From Candidatus Bathyarchaeota archaeon (GTDB taxonomy: Archaea > Thermoproteota > Bathyarchaeia > TCS64): a stretch of 64,000 nt of DNA. Below the pieces are notes generated by a model. That model was not told where the DNA came from. It saw only the letters and a list, made by a program, of their open reading frames with translations, and ran no database searches. Location of the stretch: assembly GCA_018652685.1 (NCBI GenBank), contig JABIBQ010000066.1, positions 701-64,700 on the forward strand, in the 5' to 3' direction. Positions 17,451-25,598 of this stretch are shown here, in pieces. The position numbers were made by a program, and so were the translations under genes. Numbering within the stretch: position 1 is the stretch's first letter; every line of letters starts with the position of its first letter.

Positions 17451-18425
17451 TTAGGCAGGTTTGGGAAAATTATTCTCAAACGTTTCCCAGTTCTGGATGA
17501 TCTCGTGAACCACTATACTGCCCACTCTATGCGCTGCATCAAACGAGGGCATTCCCTGTAGAACAAATGGAGCAGTAAAATGCCATTGTACATCCTCTCC
17601 CGGCGGCGGGGTGCTATAGTTGCTGGCAGTTCTTAACACAAGAATGCGGTCGTAATCAATTAAACCAGCCTTTGAGAGGCTATGTAATGCAGTAACCGTC
17701 CCGTGGTCCTCCATGTTTGCCATGACAAAGGTGCCCTTACCCTCCGTGTACATCTTAACCCAGTCATTTGCCCATCCAGTCAGCACGGGGCCGTGCCAGT
17801 ACGAAGATGAGCCTAGGATATCACCTTTGAGGACGAATGGAGGTTTGACTGCCTCAGGGAATCCCTCATACTGTGCCCGGAACTCCGCTAGCTCGGGTTC
17901 ATCAGGAAGCTGATAGTCCCGTGTAAGCTGGTAGGCCCAGTCAACAAGGGATGGGTTTAGCCTGTGCACGATATCGGAATCCGTGGAATGTGGGACCCGG
18001 TGGTTTGGCTTTGAGCTTGAAAGAGAAATCTTTCCATAAGGCCAGCCATCGGGCATCTCGCTCGCGTCCACTTCGTGCATGATATCACCGTCAACAACAT
18101 ACTCGGCCCACGCAGCTGAACCGATAGAGGCATTCATGGGGTCCACGCCAGCGATACCTGCGATGAGCCAATAAGTCTTTGATAGGTCGAAACGCGGGTC
18201 ACAGCCTAGCGCAGTGACTACAGTTGCGGCATTACTTGCTCCCATTCCAGTTAAAACAGCTAGAACGCCATCTTCGTTCATCCTGAGATCAGTCGATCCA
18301 ATGGGGAAGGGGATAACGGTGTCAAGTTTTTCCCGCTTTACCCATAACTCAAGTTCGCCTACATCACCGTCATCGGGCGTACCCCTTTCGAACATCGTGA
18401 CCACGACTACCTTAACAGGAATCAT
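17451..18425 (-). CDS. NUP ('purine nucleoside permease') family protein
   Basis: KVVVVTMFE, DPRFDLSKTYWLIAGIAGVDP, GSAAWA, MEDHG, R.LVLRTASNY; likely start at MIPVKV (the longer ORF overlaps the upstream gene). Confidence 0.85.
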   Translation of the reverse strand: MIPVKVVVVTMFERGTPDDGDVGELELWVKREKLDTVIPFPIGSTDLRMNEDGVLAVLTGMGASNAATVVTALGCDPRFDLSKTYWLIAGIAGVDPMNASIGSAAWAEYVVDGDIMHEVDASEMPDGWPYGKISLSSSKPNHRVPHSTDSDIVHRLNPSLVDWAYQLTRDYQLPDEPELAEFRAQYEGFPEAVKPPFVLKGDILGSSSYWHGPVLTGWANDWVKMYTEGKGTFVMANMEDHGTVTALHSLSKAGLIDYDRILVLRTASNYSTPPPGEDVQWHFTAPFVLQGMPSFDAAHRVGSIVVHEIIQNWETFENNFPKPA

Positions 18426-18477
18426 TCTGCTGCACCTTGGGATATAGCTACTTAAAATGTTAGGTTGATCGATGAAA

Positions 18478-19185
18478 TTAGGGAAACAGGTCGTGAGCGT
18501 ACTTTCTACCAGACCGTGATATGAACGCCTCGGCATATCCTACACCAGCTTTTCTGCCCAGTTCCCTGAACCTGTGTGTGTATCTTTCGATGAGCCTTTC
18601 CGTGAAATCACCCTGATCAACAGGTGTCTTTCCCCATTCCTGCCACTGGCTCGCATGCTGCCTGAAGGACTTAATCTTGACATCCATGTAATCGGTGATA
18701 TCGATGTACGTGTCGGGCTCCTGCCCGGAAATTGGCGTGCCAAAGAAGTAGATACAGGGCTCAGGACGATGGGAGGGTAAATCGGTGACGTGAAGCGGTA
18801 GGCTCGACTTGAGGCTCGCGTCGCTTGCCGCCTCACCGACCCTTCTATGGTCGTCCCGACCTACAAGCGGGTGAAAGGATAGAACTACATCTGGTTTCAG
18901 CTTCCGGTAGACATCAACAAACGCTTCCCGAAGCGTGTCCCCCTGGGGAACGCTCGCGTCCTCAAATTCAAGGAACATCACTTCCGCGCCTAGGATTTTG
19001 GCTGCCTTAGTCATCTCCCCTGTACGGATTTGCCTTAACTCATAGCTAGGAATGTCCCAGTGACCTTTGCCGCCCCTCGTGGCGTGGACGATTGTTGCTC
19101 TGTGGCCCCTGTCAACGTACTTTGCTAAGGTCCCGCTTGCGAATGTTTCGTCGTCTGGGTGTGCGCCCATGAGTAAAAGATGCAC
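18478..19185 (-). CDS. PIG-L/LmbE family N-deacetylase
   Basis: AHPDDE, T.G.KG, R..E...A..ILG, DH, DIT.....K......H.SQ, YAEAF. Confidence 0.92.
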   Translation of the reverse strand: MHLLLMGAHPDDETFASGTLAKYVDRGHRATIVHATRGGKGHWDIPSYELRQIRTGEMTKAAKILGAEVMFLEFEDASVPQGDTLREAFVDVYRKLKPDVVLSFHPLVGRDDHRRVGEAASDASLKSSLPLHVTDLPSHRPEPCIYFFGTPISGQEPDTYIDITDYMDVKIKSFRQHASQWQEWGKTPVDQGDFTERLIERYTHRFRELGRKAGVGYAEAFISRSGRKYAHDLFP

Positions 19186-20465
19186 TAGCTCACCTCAAAT
19201 TGGGGTAGAAGGTCGGCGTGGACCTTCATGAGCTCGTCGAAGGCACTCAGGGCCGCTTCGTGGTCATGTACAACAGGGTCAAGCAGTAACGCCTGTCTTG
19301 CTTTCTCCATGTCACCGGAGACACTGGCCTCCACAACGATGCTCTGGACCAGGATCTGGATGTTCAGGAGTGCAGACAACCCATCGGGCATATCCCCGAC
19401 GACAATGGGCTTGATGTCTCCCCTGGTTATCACGGCAGGAGTTTCCACCAATGCGTCAGTGATGAGGTTCGGGATCTGTCCTCTGTTTGGCAGGTTGACC
19501 TGTAATTCCATGTGGTTTGAGCCCTTTATCATACCCGCAATTATATGCATCGCCCTCTCCCCCGACAGCTTACCCTTGATGTCAAGAGGAGTCTTCCCCT
19601 CTATGATGGACTTGCTCTTGAGCCAAGTCTTCTGCCCGTTCTCGTCACACCTATCAATCCAGTTGAAACCCCGGTACTTCTCGGGGGTGACGTCCCACGC
19701 GTAGGCAAGATACTCGCCCATGTGGTTGTCATCGGTAGAGGGGTACAACCCGAATTGGTCGTACATGGCCCTGCACAGTGGCTGGAAGCCTTTGTCACTA
19801 TTGAACGCCTCGTCAAGCAGAGGGTAAGCATCGCTCCCATCGGTCAGAGTCATCTCCTTGAACCAGCTGAAATGGTTCAGGCCGGCGGAGACCACGTTGA
19901 TGAGAGAGGATGGGACACCCATTATTGGAGCAAGTCTCTGTAACTGGTGCTCAACCTCGTGGCACAATCCCACCGTCTTGATGGAAGTATACCTGCTGAC
20001 TGCCAGGCAAAGCCTTGGAACCGGGTTCGTGTAGCTCAGTAACCATGCGTTCGGGCAGACGTCCTCCATAGTCATCGCGATCTCAAGGACGGGCGGAAGG
20101 TTCCTCCATGTGTGGAAAAGCCCTCCTGGGCCCCCGTTCTCCCCGATCACCTGCTTGATCCCGTGTTTGAATGGAATCTCCCAGTCCTGCCGCCATCGGT
20201 TCATTCTGTCCACCTCGATGGCCATCAGAACGTAATCGGAGCCATCCAGTGCGTCCCTTTGAATCAATGTCTTAGATATCTCCATGTTTGCCCCGATATC
20301 ATCGTTCATCCTCTCAGCCAAGCCAGTCATTGTGTCAAGCCGTTCCCCATCGATATCGTGGAGGACAAGCTCCGAGCCATGGAGGTCTTCGATGTTCACG
20401 GCGTCAAGTACGCTGTTATACCCGAAGACGCTACTACCAGCGCCCACGAGAGTGATCTTAACCAT
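19185..20465 (-). CDS. NAD+-dependent glycoside hydrolase family 4 (alpha-galactosidase MelA-like)
   Basis: KITLVGAGS, GENGGPGG, YTNP, GLCH, AGLNHF.W, VN.PN.GQI.NL, VETPA. Confidence 0.92.
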   Translation of the reverse strand: MVKITLVGAGSSVFGYNSVLDAVNIEDLHGSELVLHDIDGERLDTMTGLAERMNDDIGANMEISKTLIQRDALDGSDYVLMAIEVDRMNRWRQDWEIPFKHGIKQVIGENGGPGGLFHTWRNLPPVLEIAMTMEDVCPNAWLLSYTNPVPRLCLAVSRYTSIKTVGLCHEVEHQLQRLAPIMGVPSSLINVVSAGLNHFSWFKEMTLTDGSDAYPLLDEAFNSDKGFQPLCRAMYDQFGLYPSTDDNHMGEYLAYAWDVTPEKYRGFNWIDRCDENGQKTWLKSKSIIEGKTPLDIKGKLSGERAMHIIAGMIKGSNHMELQVNLPNRGQIPNLITDALVETPAVITRGDIKPIVVGDMPDGLSALLNIQILVQSIVVEASVSGDMEKARQALLLDPVVHDHEAALSAFDELMKVHADLLPQFEVS

Positions 20466-20496
20466 GGGTACGGGTTAGTCGAATGGGTATATTACG

Positions 20497-21153
20497 TTAA
20501 AGATAGTAGCTCAGGACCATGTATAGGCCAGCGAGTAACAGGATGCCCGAATTGATCTTCCTCATATGTGGCATCAACTGCATGAGCCTCGTGTAGATGA
20601 TCTCCCTGCTGAACGTCAGGGCAACACTGAGCGGTATAATAACGGTTGCCGCGCCTACCCCATACACCGCAAACATGGATACTATACCGATGAAGCCACC
20701 CGTGGTTGACGCCTGGAGTACTAGGAGCACGAAGACGGGAAAACTGCACGCCATCGAGGCAGCACCGTATCCGAACCCATAAAGAAAGAATGATCTATAC
20801 CCTGTTCCCTTTGGGGTTACGAGGTTTAGGGCAGGGATTTTATAGAACATATCGCTGAACAAGTGTCCGAGCCCAAGAATCATTAGAATAACGCCAATGA
20901 AGGGTGCGAGTAGATTGACCTTACTGGCAACCATGTTGATGGCAAAGCTGGGCAGGATGCCGATTATCATGAAAATGGAAAGGAATCCGAACACAGTAAT
21001 CAGGCCGAAAGATACCGCCGATAACAAGCCACCACCCTTTCTATCATCTTTCACATAGTATGACACGAAGCTGGGGAGCATGGGTAAAGCACAGGGAGCG
21101 AGCACGGCCAATAGACCCGCGCTGTATGCTAGACCGAGATTTGTGAACTCCAT
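20497..21153 (-). CDS. ccdA: CcdA/DsbD-type transmembrane electron transporter
   Basis: AG....LAPCALPMLP and SMACSFP Cys motifs; about 6 TM helices. Confidence 0.88.
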   Translation of the reverse strand: MEFTNLGLAYSAGLLAVLAPCALPMLPSFVSYYVKDDRKGGGLLSAVSFGLITVFGFLSIFMIIGILPSFAINMVASKVNLLAPFIGVILMILGLGHLFSDMFYKIPALNLVTPKGTGYRSFFLYGFGYGAASMACSFPVFVLLVLQASTTGGFIGIVSMFAVYGVGAATVIIPLSVALTFSREIIYTRLMQLMPHMRKINSGILLLAGLYMVLSYYL

Positions 21154-21155
21154 GG

Positions 21156-21677
21156 CTATCCCAGTAATGGAGATATTATACTATTGAACTCATTGAACGT
21201 TGTCATGAAACCTCTGTGAATGACAATCCCGTTCTGGTCAACCACGAGTATCGTTGGTATAGCACTGACCTCAAATTCCAGGGCGGTCATTGGGCTGTGT
21301 CCGAAGAACCAAGTGATCCCCTCATCCGCCGCGAACTCTGCAAGTGAAGTCATGTTGTACCTGTAATCCATGTTTATTGTGAGAACCTCGACGCCGGGCA
21401 CCGTCTCAATCTCCCTCAGGATGGGTATCTGGTCCTTGCACGGCGGACACCACGGGGCCATGAAATCAATGACGAGGATGCTTCCCCGGTAGTCACTGAA
21501 CTGTATCTTCTCACCAAATATCCCTACGATCTCCTGGTCAAGGAGAGTATCACCCATATTTGCTCCAATCTCGCCCGTCTCATCGGGCTTAACGAAGTTG
21601 GACCAAACGAGATATCCGCCAACTACAATGACCAACGCCACTGCGAGGTACTTGAAAAGGCTTTTTAGCTCACTCAT
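21156..21677 (-). CDS. Membrane-anchored TlpA/ResA-like thioredoxin
   Basis: N-terminal TM, DFMAPWCPPC, cis-Pro AIPT. Confidence 0.9.
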   Translation of the reverse strand: MSELKSLFKYLAVALVIVVGGYLVWSNFVKPDETGEIGANMGDTLLDQEIVGIFGEKIQFSDYRGSILVIDFMAPWCPPCKDQIPILREIETVPGVEVLTINMDYRYNMTSLAEFAADEGITWFFGHSPMTALEFEVSAIPTILVVDQNGIVIHRGFMTTFNEFNSIISPLLG

Positions 21678-21736
21678 TATGCAACCTCACGGGAACCACG
21701 ACTAAAAAACATGGTGAAAGAGGGTTACCAACTATG

Positions 21737-22183
21737 CTACTCGAGAAAGAGGTACAGGTACTCGCAGTAGCCACGCTCCTCCATCTCATCTTTTGATATG
21801 AACTCAAGAGCGGCGGAGTTTATGCAATATCTCAACCCGGCGGGCTTTGGTCCATCGTTGAATACGTGCCCGAGGTGTGAGTCAGCTCCCTCGCTTCTCA
21901 CCTCAACTCTATTCAATCCGTGGCTTATGTCACGAATTTCATTGACCTCGCTGTCCTTAATCGGCTTTGTAAAGCTGGGCCACCCACAACCTGAATCAAA
22001 CTTGTCTCTTGAGCTGAACAGAGGCTTGCCGCTGACAATATCAACGTAAATCCCCTCCTCCTTGTGTCCCCAGAACTCGTTATCGAAAGCGGGTTCAGTT
22101 CCGCTTTCCTGGGTGACGTGGTACTGTATACTGCTGAGTTTCCTCTTGAGCTCTTTTTTACTTATCTTGCCCAAATCATTCAC
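21737..22183 (-). CDS. msrB: Peptide methionine (R)-sulfoxide reductase
   Basis: [38 protein letters not shown]. Confidence 0.97.
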   Translation of the reverse strand: MNDLGKISKKELKRKLSSIQYHVTQESGTEPAFDNEFWGHKEEGIYVDIVSGKPLFSSRDKFDSGCGWPSFTKPIKDSEVNEIRDISHGLNRVEVRSEGADSHLGHVFNDGPKPAGLRYCINSAALEFISKDEMEERGYCEYLYLFLE

Positions 22184-22222
22184 AAAGATCGCTTTGGAAC
22201 GGCGGGTAATAAGAAAAGGGTG

Positions 22223-23053
22223 TTATCGGCGTTCCGCCGCACCGGCAAGATAGATGCATGCCCGCAACGCGTTGATGGCTGTTTGGTAGTCGTCGTAGAC
22301 ACCCTTCATCGTCGTCCCATCCACACGTTCAAGACTGGGTATGAGACTGGAGACATCTGCCTGGGTACTTGTGGCTAACTTCACCATGACCTCAACGGGG
22401 GAATCAACTACCCTTGGGGCCGGATACGCCTTTGAGAGTGCCTCCTTCGCCTTCTTTTTGATAAGCTTAGCCGCCTCGTTGGGGTGCAGGCACTTGGCGC
22501 TGTACCGCCCCATTGCCCACTTAACAGAGGCGGTGGTGATTCCGGGTACGAACTCTGCCGCCTCAACAGTTGCCGCATAGTCGCCAGCGAGGAAAACCGA
22601 TGGTACGCCGTATCGTCCAGCAAGTGCACTGTTCAAGCCGAACTCGCCGGTCTCTCGGCCGTTAATATAGACTGCCTGAACTGAGCCTCCTGAGATGGTG
22701 TGGGCGCAGATGCCGTTCTCTGTACCCTTCATGCTATGGTAGCCCACGTACATGGCGGCGTCATAACCCTCCTTGATGCCCTCCATCATGCTGTTTGGTT
22801 TGGGTGAGCCCCTGATGAGGTGCGCTGCCTCATGAACCTCCTCTGGCCTGAGGTTCCTCATGCCACCGTGGGCGTCCGAAACCACAATTTCATTTGCGCC
22901 AGCCTCAATGGCACCTTCTATAGCCGCATTAAGGTCACTTGCCATGATCTTTCTTGCATGAGCGTACTCACTGTTGTTCCTGTCTACTTCGGCCCAGCTC
23001 ACGATACTGCTGATGCCCTCCATGTCGATGGAGATAAACACTTTTTTCGTCAA
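22223..23053 (-). CDS. dppA: D-aminopeptidase, peptidase family M55 (DppA-like)
   Basis: FISIDMEG, V.DAHG, MMEG, GYH, HT, GE..LN, GD. Confidence 0.92.
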   Translation of the reverse strand: MTKKVFISIDMEGISSIVSWAEVDRNNSEYAHARKIMASDLNAAIEGAIEAGANEIVVSDAHGGMRNLRPEEVHEAAHLIRGSPKPNSMMEGIKEGYDAAMYVGYHSMKGTENGICAHTISGGSVQAVYINGRETGEFGLNSALAGRYGVPSVFLAGDYAATVEAAEFVPGITTASVKWAMGRYSAKCLHPNEAAKLIKKKAKEALSKAYPAPRVVDSPVEVMVKLATSTQADVSSLIPSLERVDGTTMKGVYDDYQTAINALRACIYLAGAAERR

Positions 23054-23341
23054 TTTCTATAATCCTCCACTAAACTTCTTGAGTGAAGTATGTTTGTAGT
23101 TGATTTAAAATTTGAGAGAACCATCAGGATTTCCCTCCCCCTTGAATATTATAATAATCAGGTTACTGTAACGATTACGACTTTGTTCAGGTGACACAAA
23201 TAAAATACTTGAAAATGTTCCAATTGACCCGGTGAAAAAAAATTCCTCTTTTTTCTTTACCAATATATTAGGATGCTTTTGATGCACCTGATACATTATA
23301 TGCTCTTATAACAAACGTATCTCACTTTTTTTCTCATATAA

Positions 23342-23704
23342 TTACTCGTAATGTGGGTCATCCAACTGCTTGGGATATGGGTCAATGGTCTGTCTCTGGA
23401 CCGCCTTGAAGAGTCCACGCATTCCGTTGGCTGGCCCTTCCAGCTCGACCTCACCTTTGTTGCTTGAGAACTTGAGTATCCCTCGCTTGGTTATTGTTCC
23501 CTGTTCAGTGAACTGTAGACTCGTGATCTGGCGCCACTGCTCAGTTATCACGTCCTCCTTCCTGAAAACGAGCCCTTTCTCACTGTAGAGAAGCAGTCTC
23601 AAGTTGGTGATGTATACTTTGTACTTTACCTCATTGAAGACAACTTGAAAATCACTCCAGAAGAGCACCTTCTCGTCGCCAAGTAGATAATTCTCAATGG
23701 GCAT
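23342..23704 (-). CDS. Small PH-like domain protein
   Basis: L..DEKVL, YITNLRLL...KG, I.S.....G....G.L pattern of bPH-like folds. Confidence 0.65.
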   Translation of the reverse strand: MPIENYLLGDEKVLFWSDFQVVFNEVKYKVYITNLRLLLYSEKGLVFRKEDVITEQWRQITSLQFTEQGTITKRGILKFSSNKGEVELEGPANGMRGLFKAVQRQTIDPYPKQLDDPHYE

Positions 23705-23754
23705 ATACGTTAGAATGGCGCGTCCGGTATTAAAATATAGTAAGGGGGAAGTGG

Positions 23755-24294
23755 CTACCCGAGGATGTGCCTGCCGGCGTCTTCAAGCATTGGCAGTTTA
23801 TGTCCCCGGTTGGCCTGGGTCACTGTGACGAGGTCATAGTTTTTGAAACCTACCCTCTTCAGGTACTCCTCCAACATGTACAACCCACGAGCAGCTCCGT
23901 TACCGCTACCACCGGCGCAAGCTATCCCTATGTATGGTTTGTCGACGTATCTCTTGAACCCATGATGGGTCTCGACACGCCTCAACCTGTCAAGGAAAGT
24001 CTTAGCTGATTCACTTAGGTCGTGCCAGTAAACAGGTGTCGTGAAGACGAAGGCATCGGCCTCCTTGATCTTGTCAATGATCTCCGCGAAGGCATCTTTC
24101 TGGATACACGTACCCTCTCTACGGCACTGCCCCCAGCCGCCGTCGCATGCCTTGCATTTCTTGATAACAACCTTGTTTAGGTGGATTAACTCGGCCTCAT
24201 GACCTGCGGCCTCGGCCCCTTTCATGACCTGTTTCGCTGTTTCTGCCGTCAAGCCGTCAACGTTCGGGCTCGACTGTATAGCTAAAAGCTTCAT
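23755..24294 (-). CDS. Iron-sulfur flavoprotein / NADPH-dependent FMN reductase family
   Basis: SSPN.DGLT, CKAC......C.....C...D, TPVYW, K.F.DR. Confidence 0.88.
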   Translation of the reverse strand: MKLLAIQSSPNVDGLTAETAKQVMKGAEAAGHEAELIHLNKVVIKKCKACDGGWGQCRREGTCIQKDAFAEIIDKIKEADAFVFTTPVYWHDLSESAKTFLDRLRRVETHHGFKRYVDKPYIGIACAGGSGNGAARGLYMLEEYLKRVGFKNYDLVTVTQANRGHKLPMLEDAGRHILG

Positions 24295-24335
24295 ATCCTT
24301 AAACTGTAGTAAATGGAGATTGATAAAAGGGAGGG

Positions 24336-25370
24336 TTACCCGAAGAAACTGTCAAGGGTAGTCTTCTTGGCCCTTGGGACCATGCCTGCCTTCATCTTCT
24401 CAATGGCATTCAGGACCCGCTGCTGACTAAAGTTATGCTCTCCACTCAGGAACCCAATGAGTCCAGCCGTGTCCGGTCTGTTCCACTCAAGCACATAGTC
24501 ATCAGTGGTCCTCGGGTTCACGAAAAGTTCTTTGATCTCCTCAACAGGGTGGGGGAACTCCACGTTCTTGACGTGAGGAAGCGCGTCCTCTAGACTACCA
24601 TGCTTGTTGATTAGCTTCAATGCCGTCTTCGGCCCAATCCCCTTGATCCCGTCGGGATTGTAATCAGTCCCGACAAGTATTCCTAGGTCGATTAGCTGGC
24701 TCTGGGTCAGCCCAAGAGTTTTCCTGATCTTCTCCAGCTCAAGCATCTCCGGCTCGACTTTGATGTAAACGTTCTTTCGGGGCAGCTTCCTGCGGCCTGT
24801 GATGGAAAGGTTTCTCACGTGCCTAGGTGCACCATAGAGAAGGCTATCAAAGTCCTGGCTAGCTGCCGCGTAAACCTCTCCTTTCAACGCCATATATGCG
24901 GCCTGGGCCTCGCCCTCGCCTGGCGCCTGAACCCACGGGATACCCATGAGTGTGAGCAGGTTCTTGGCCTCCCCTATGATATCTGTGGTGGCAACGACGG
25001 ATTGCTGGCCGTACCTCCTAGCCTGCTGAGCGTCGCCTGTCTCGACAGCTTTCACGTACGCCTTCTTTGCTTTCTGTCGAGTCTTTCGGCGCCTTGCAAG
25101 CACTACTGACTTGAACCGGTGTGGCCTACCATCGAAAACGTAGACGATCTTGATACCCGCCTCCATGAGGTTGCTGTTTCTGTACATGAGACCGCTGAGA
25201 TGGCTGGTCATTCTGCCCTGGCGGTCCTTCAATGGTTGGCCATCCCTGCCCCTGACTATTGACAAGAACTGGTATAGGATGTTGTTGCCGTCGAAGGCAA
25301 CTATCTCGCCGGCAAGATCGCTGATGGAGATCTTGCGGGCGTCAACGATATTGCCCAGCTTGACTCCCAT
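24336..25370 (-). CDS. fen: Flap endonuclease 1
   Basis: MGV, D..N.LYQFL, TSHLSG, VFDG, APGEGEAQAA, SQDFDSLL.G, GTDYN, GIGPK.A; C-terminal PIP-like TLDSFF. Confidence 0.98.
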   Translation of the reverse strand: MGVKLGNIVDARKISISDLAGEIVAFDGNNILYQFLSIVRGRDGQPLKDRQGRMTSHLSGLMYRNSNLMEAGIKIVYVFDGRPHRFKSVVLARRRKTRQKAKKAYVKAVETGDAQQARRYGQQSVVATTDIIGEAKNLLTLMGIPWVQAPGEGEAQAAYMALKGEVYAAASQDFDSLLYGAPRHVRNLSITGRRKLPRKNVYIKVEPEMLELEKIRKTLGLTQSQLIDLGILVGTDYNPDGIKGIGPKTALKLINKHGSLEDALPHVKNVEFPHPVEEIKELFVNPRTTDDYVLEWNRPDTAGLIGFLSGEHNFSQQRVLNAIEKMKAGMVPRAKKTTLDSFFG

Positions 25371-25379
25371 ATTAATCCC

Positions 25380-25589
25380 CTATACCAGCTCGATACGGCG
25401 CTTTCCCTTTGGCAGCCTGTAGACCCTGACGACACCCCGTATCTCAAGTCTCATGAGAAGGGTGTTCAAGTGCTCCTCGCTGAAGCCGCTGTGCTGCTTC
25501 TTTGTTCTCTTGAAGAGGTCAGAAAATTTTAGGGGACCTGTACGCTTCAGGGTGTCAACGATGCTCGCCGGTATCAGTTTTGTGTCCAT
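25380..25589 (-). CDS. Small winged-helix-like hypothetical protein between cdc48 and fen
   Basis: 69 aa, co-oriented with 9-nt gaps on both sides; LN..LM.LEIRG.V.V wHTH pattern. Confidence 0.75.
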   Translation of the reverse strand: MDTKLIPASIVDTLKRTGPLKFSDLFKRTKKQHSGFSEEHLNTLLMRLEIRGVVRVYRLPKGKRRIELV

Positions 25590-25598
25590 TCATTTCAC

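Noticed and set aside
23054..23341. AT-rich 290-nt spacer considered as a replication origin or small gene (63-aa ORF)
   Set aside because: No ORB-like repeats or cdc6/orc1 nearby; the ORF composition looks non-coding.
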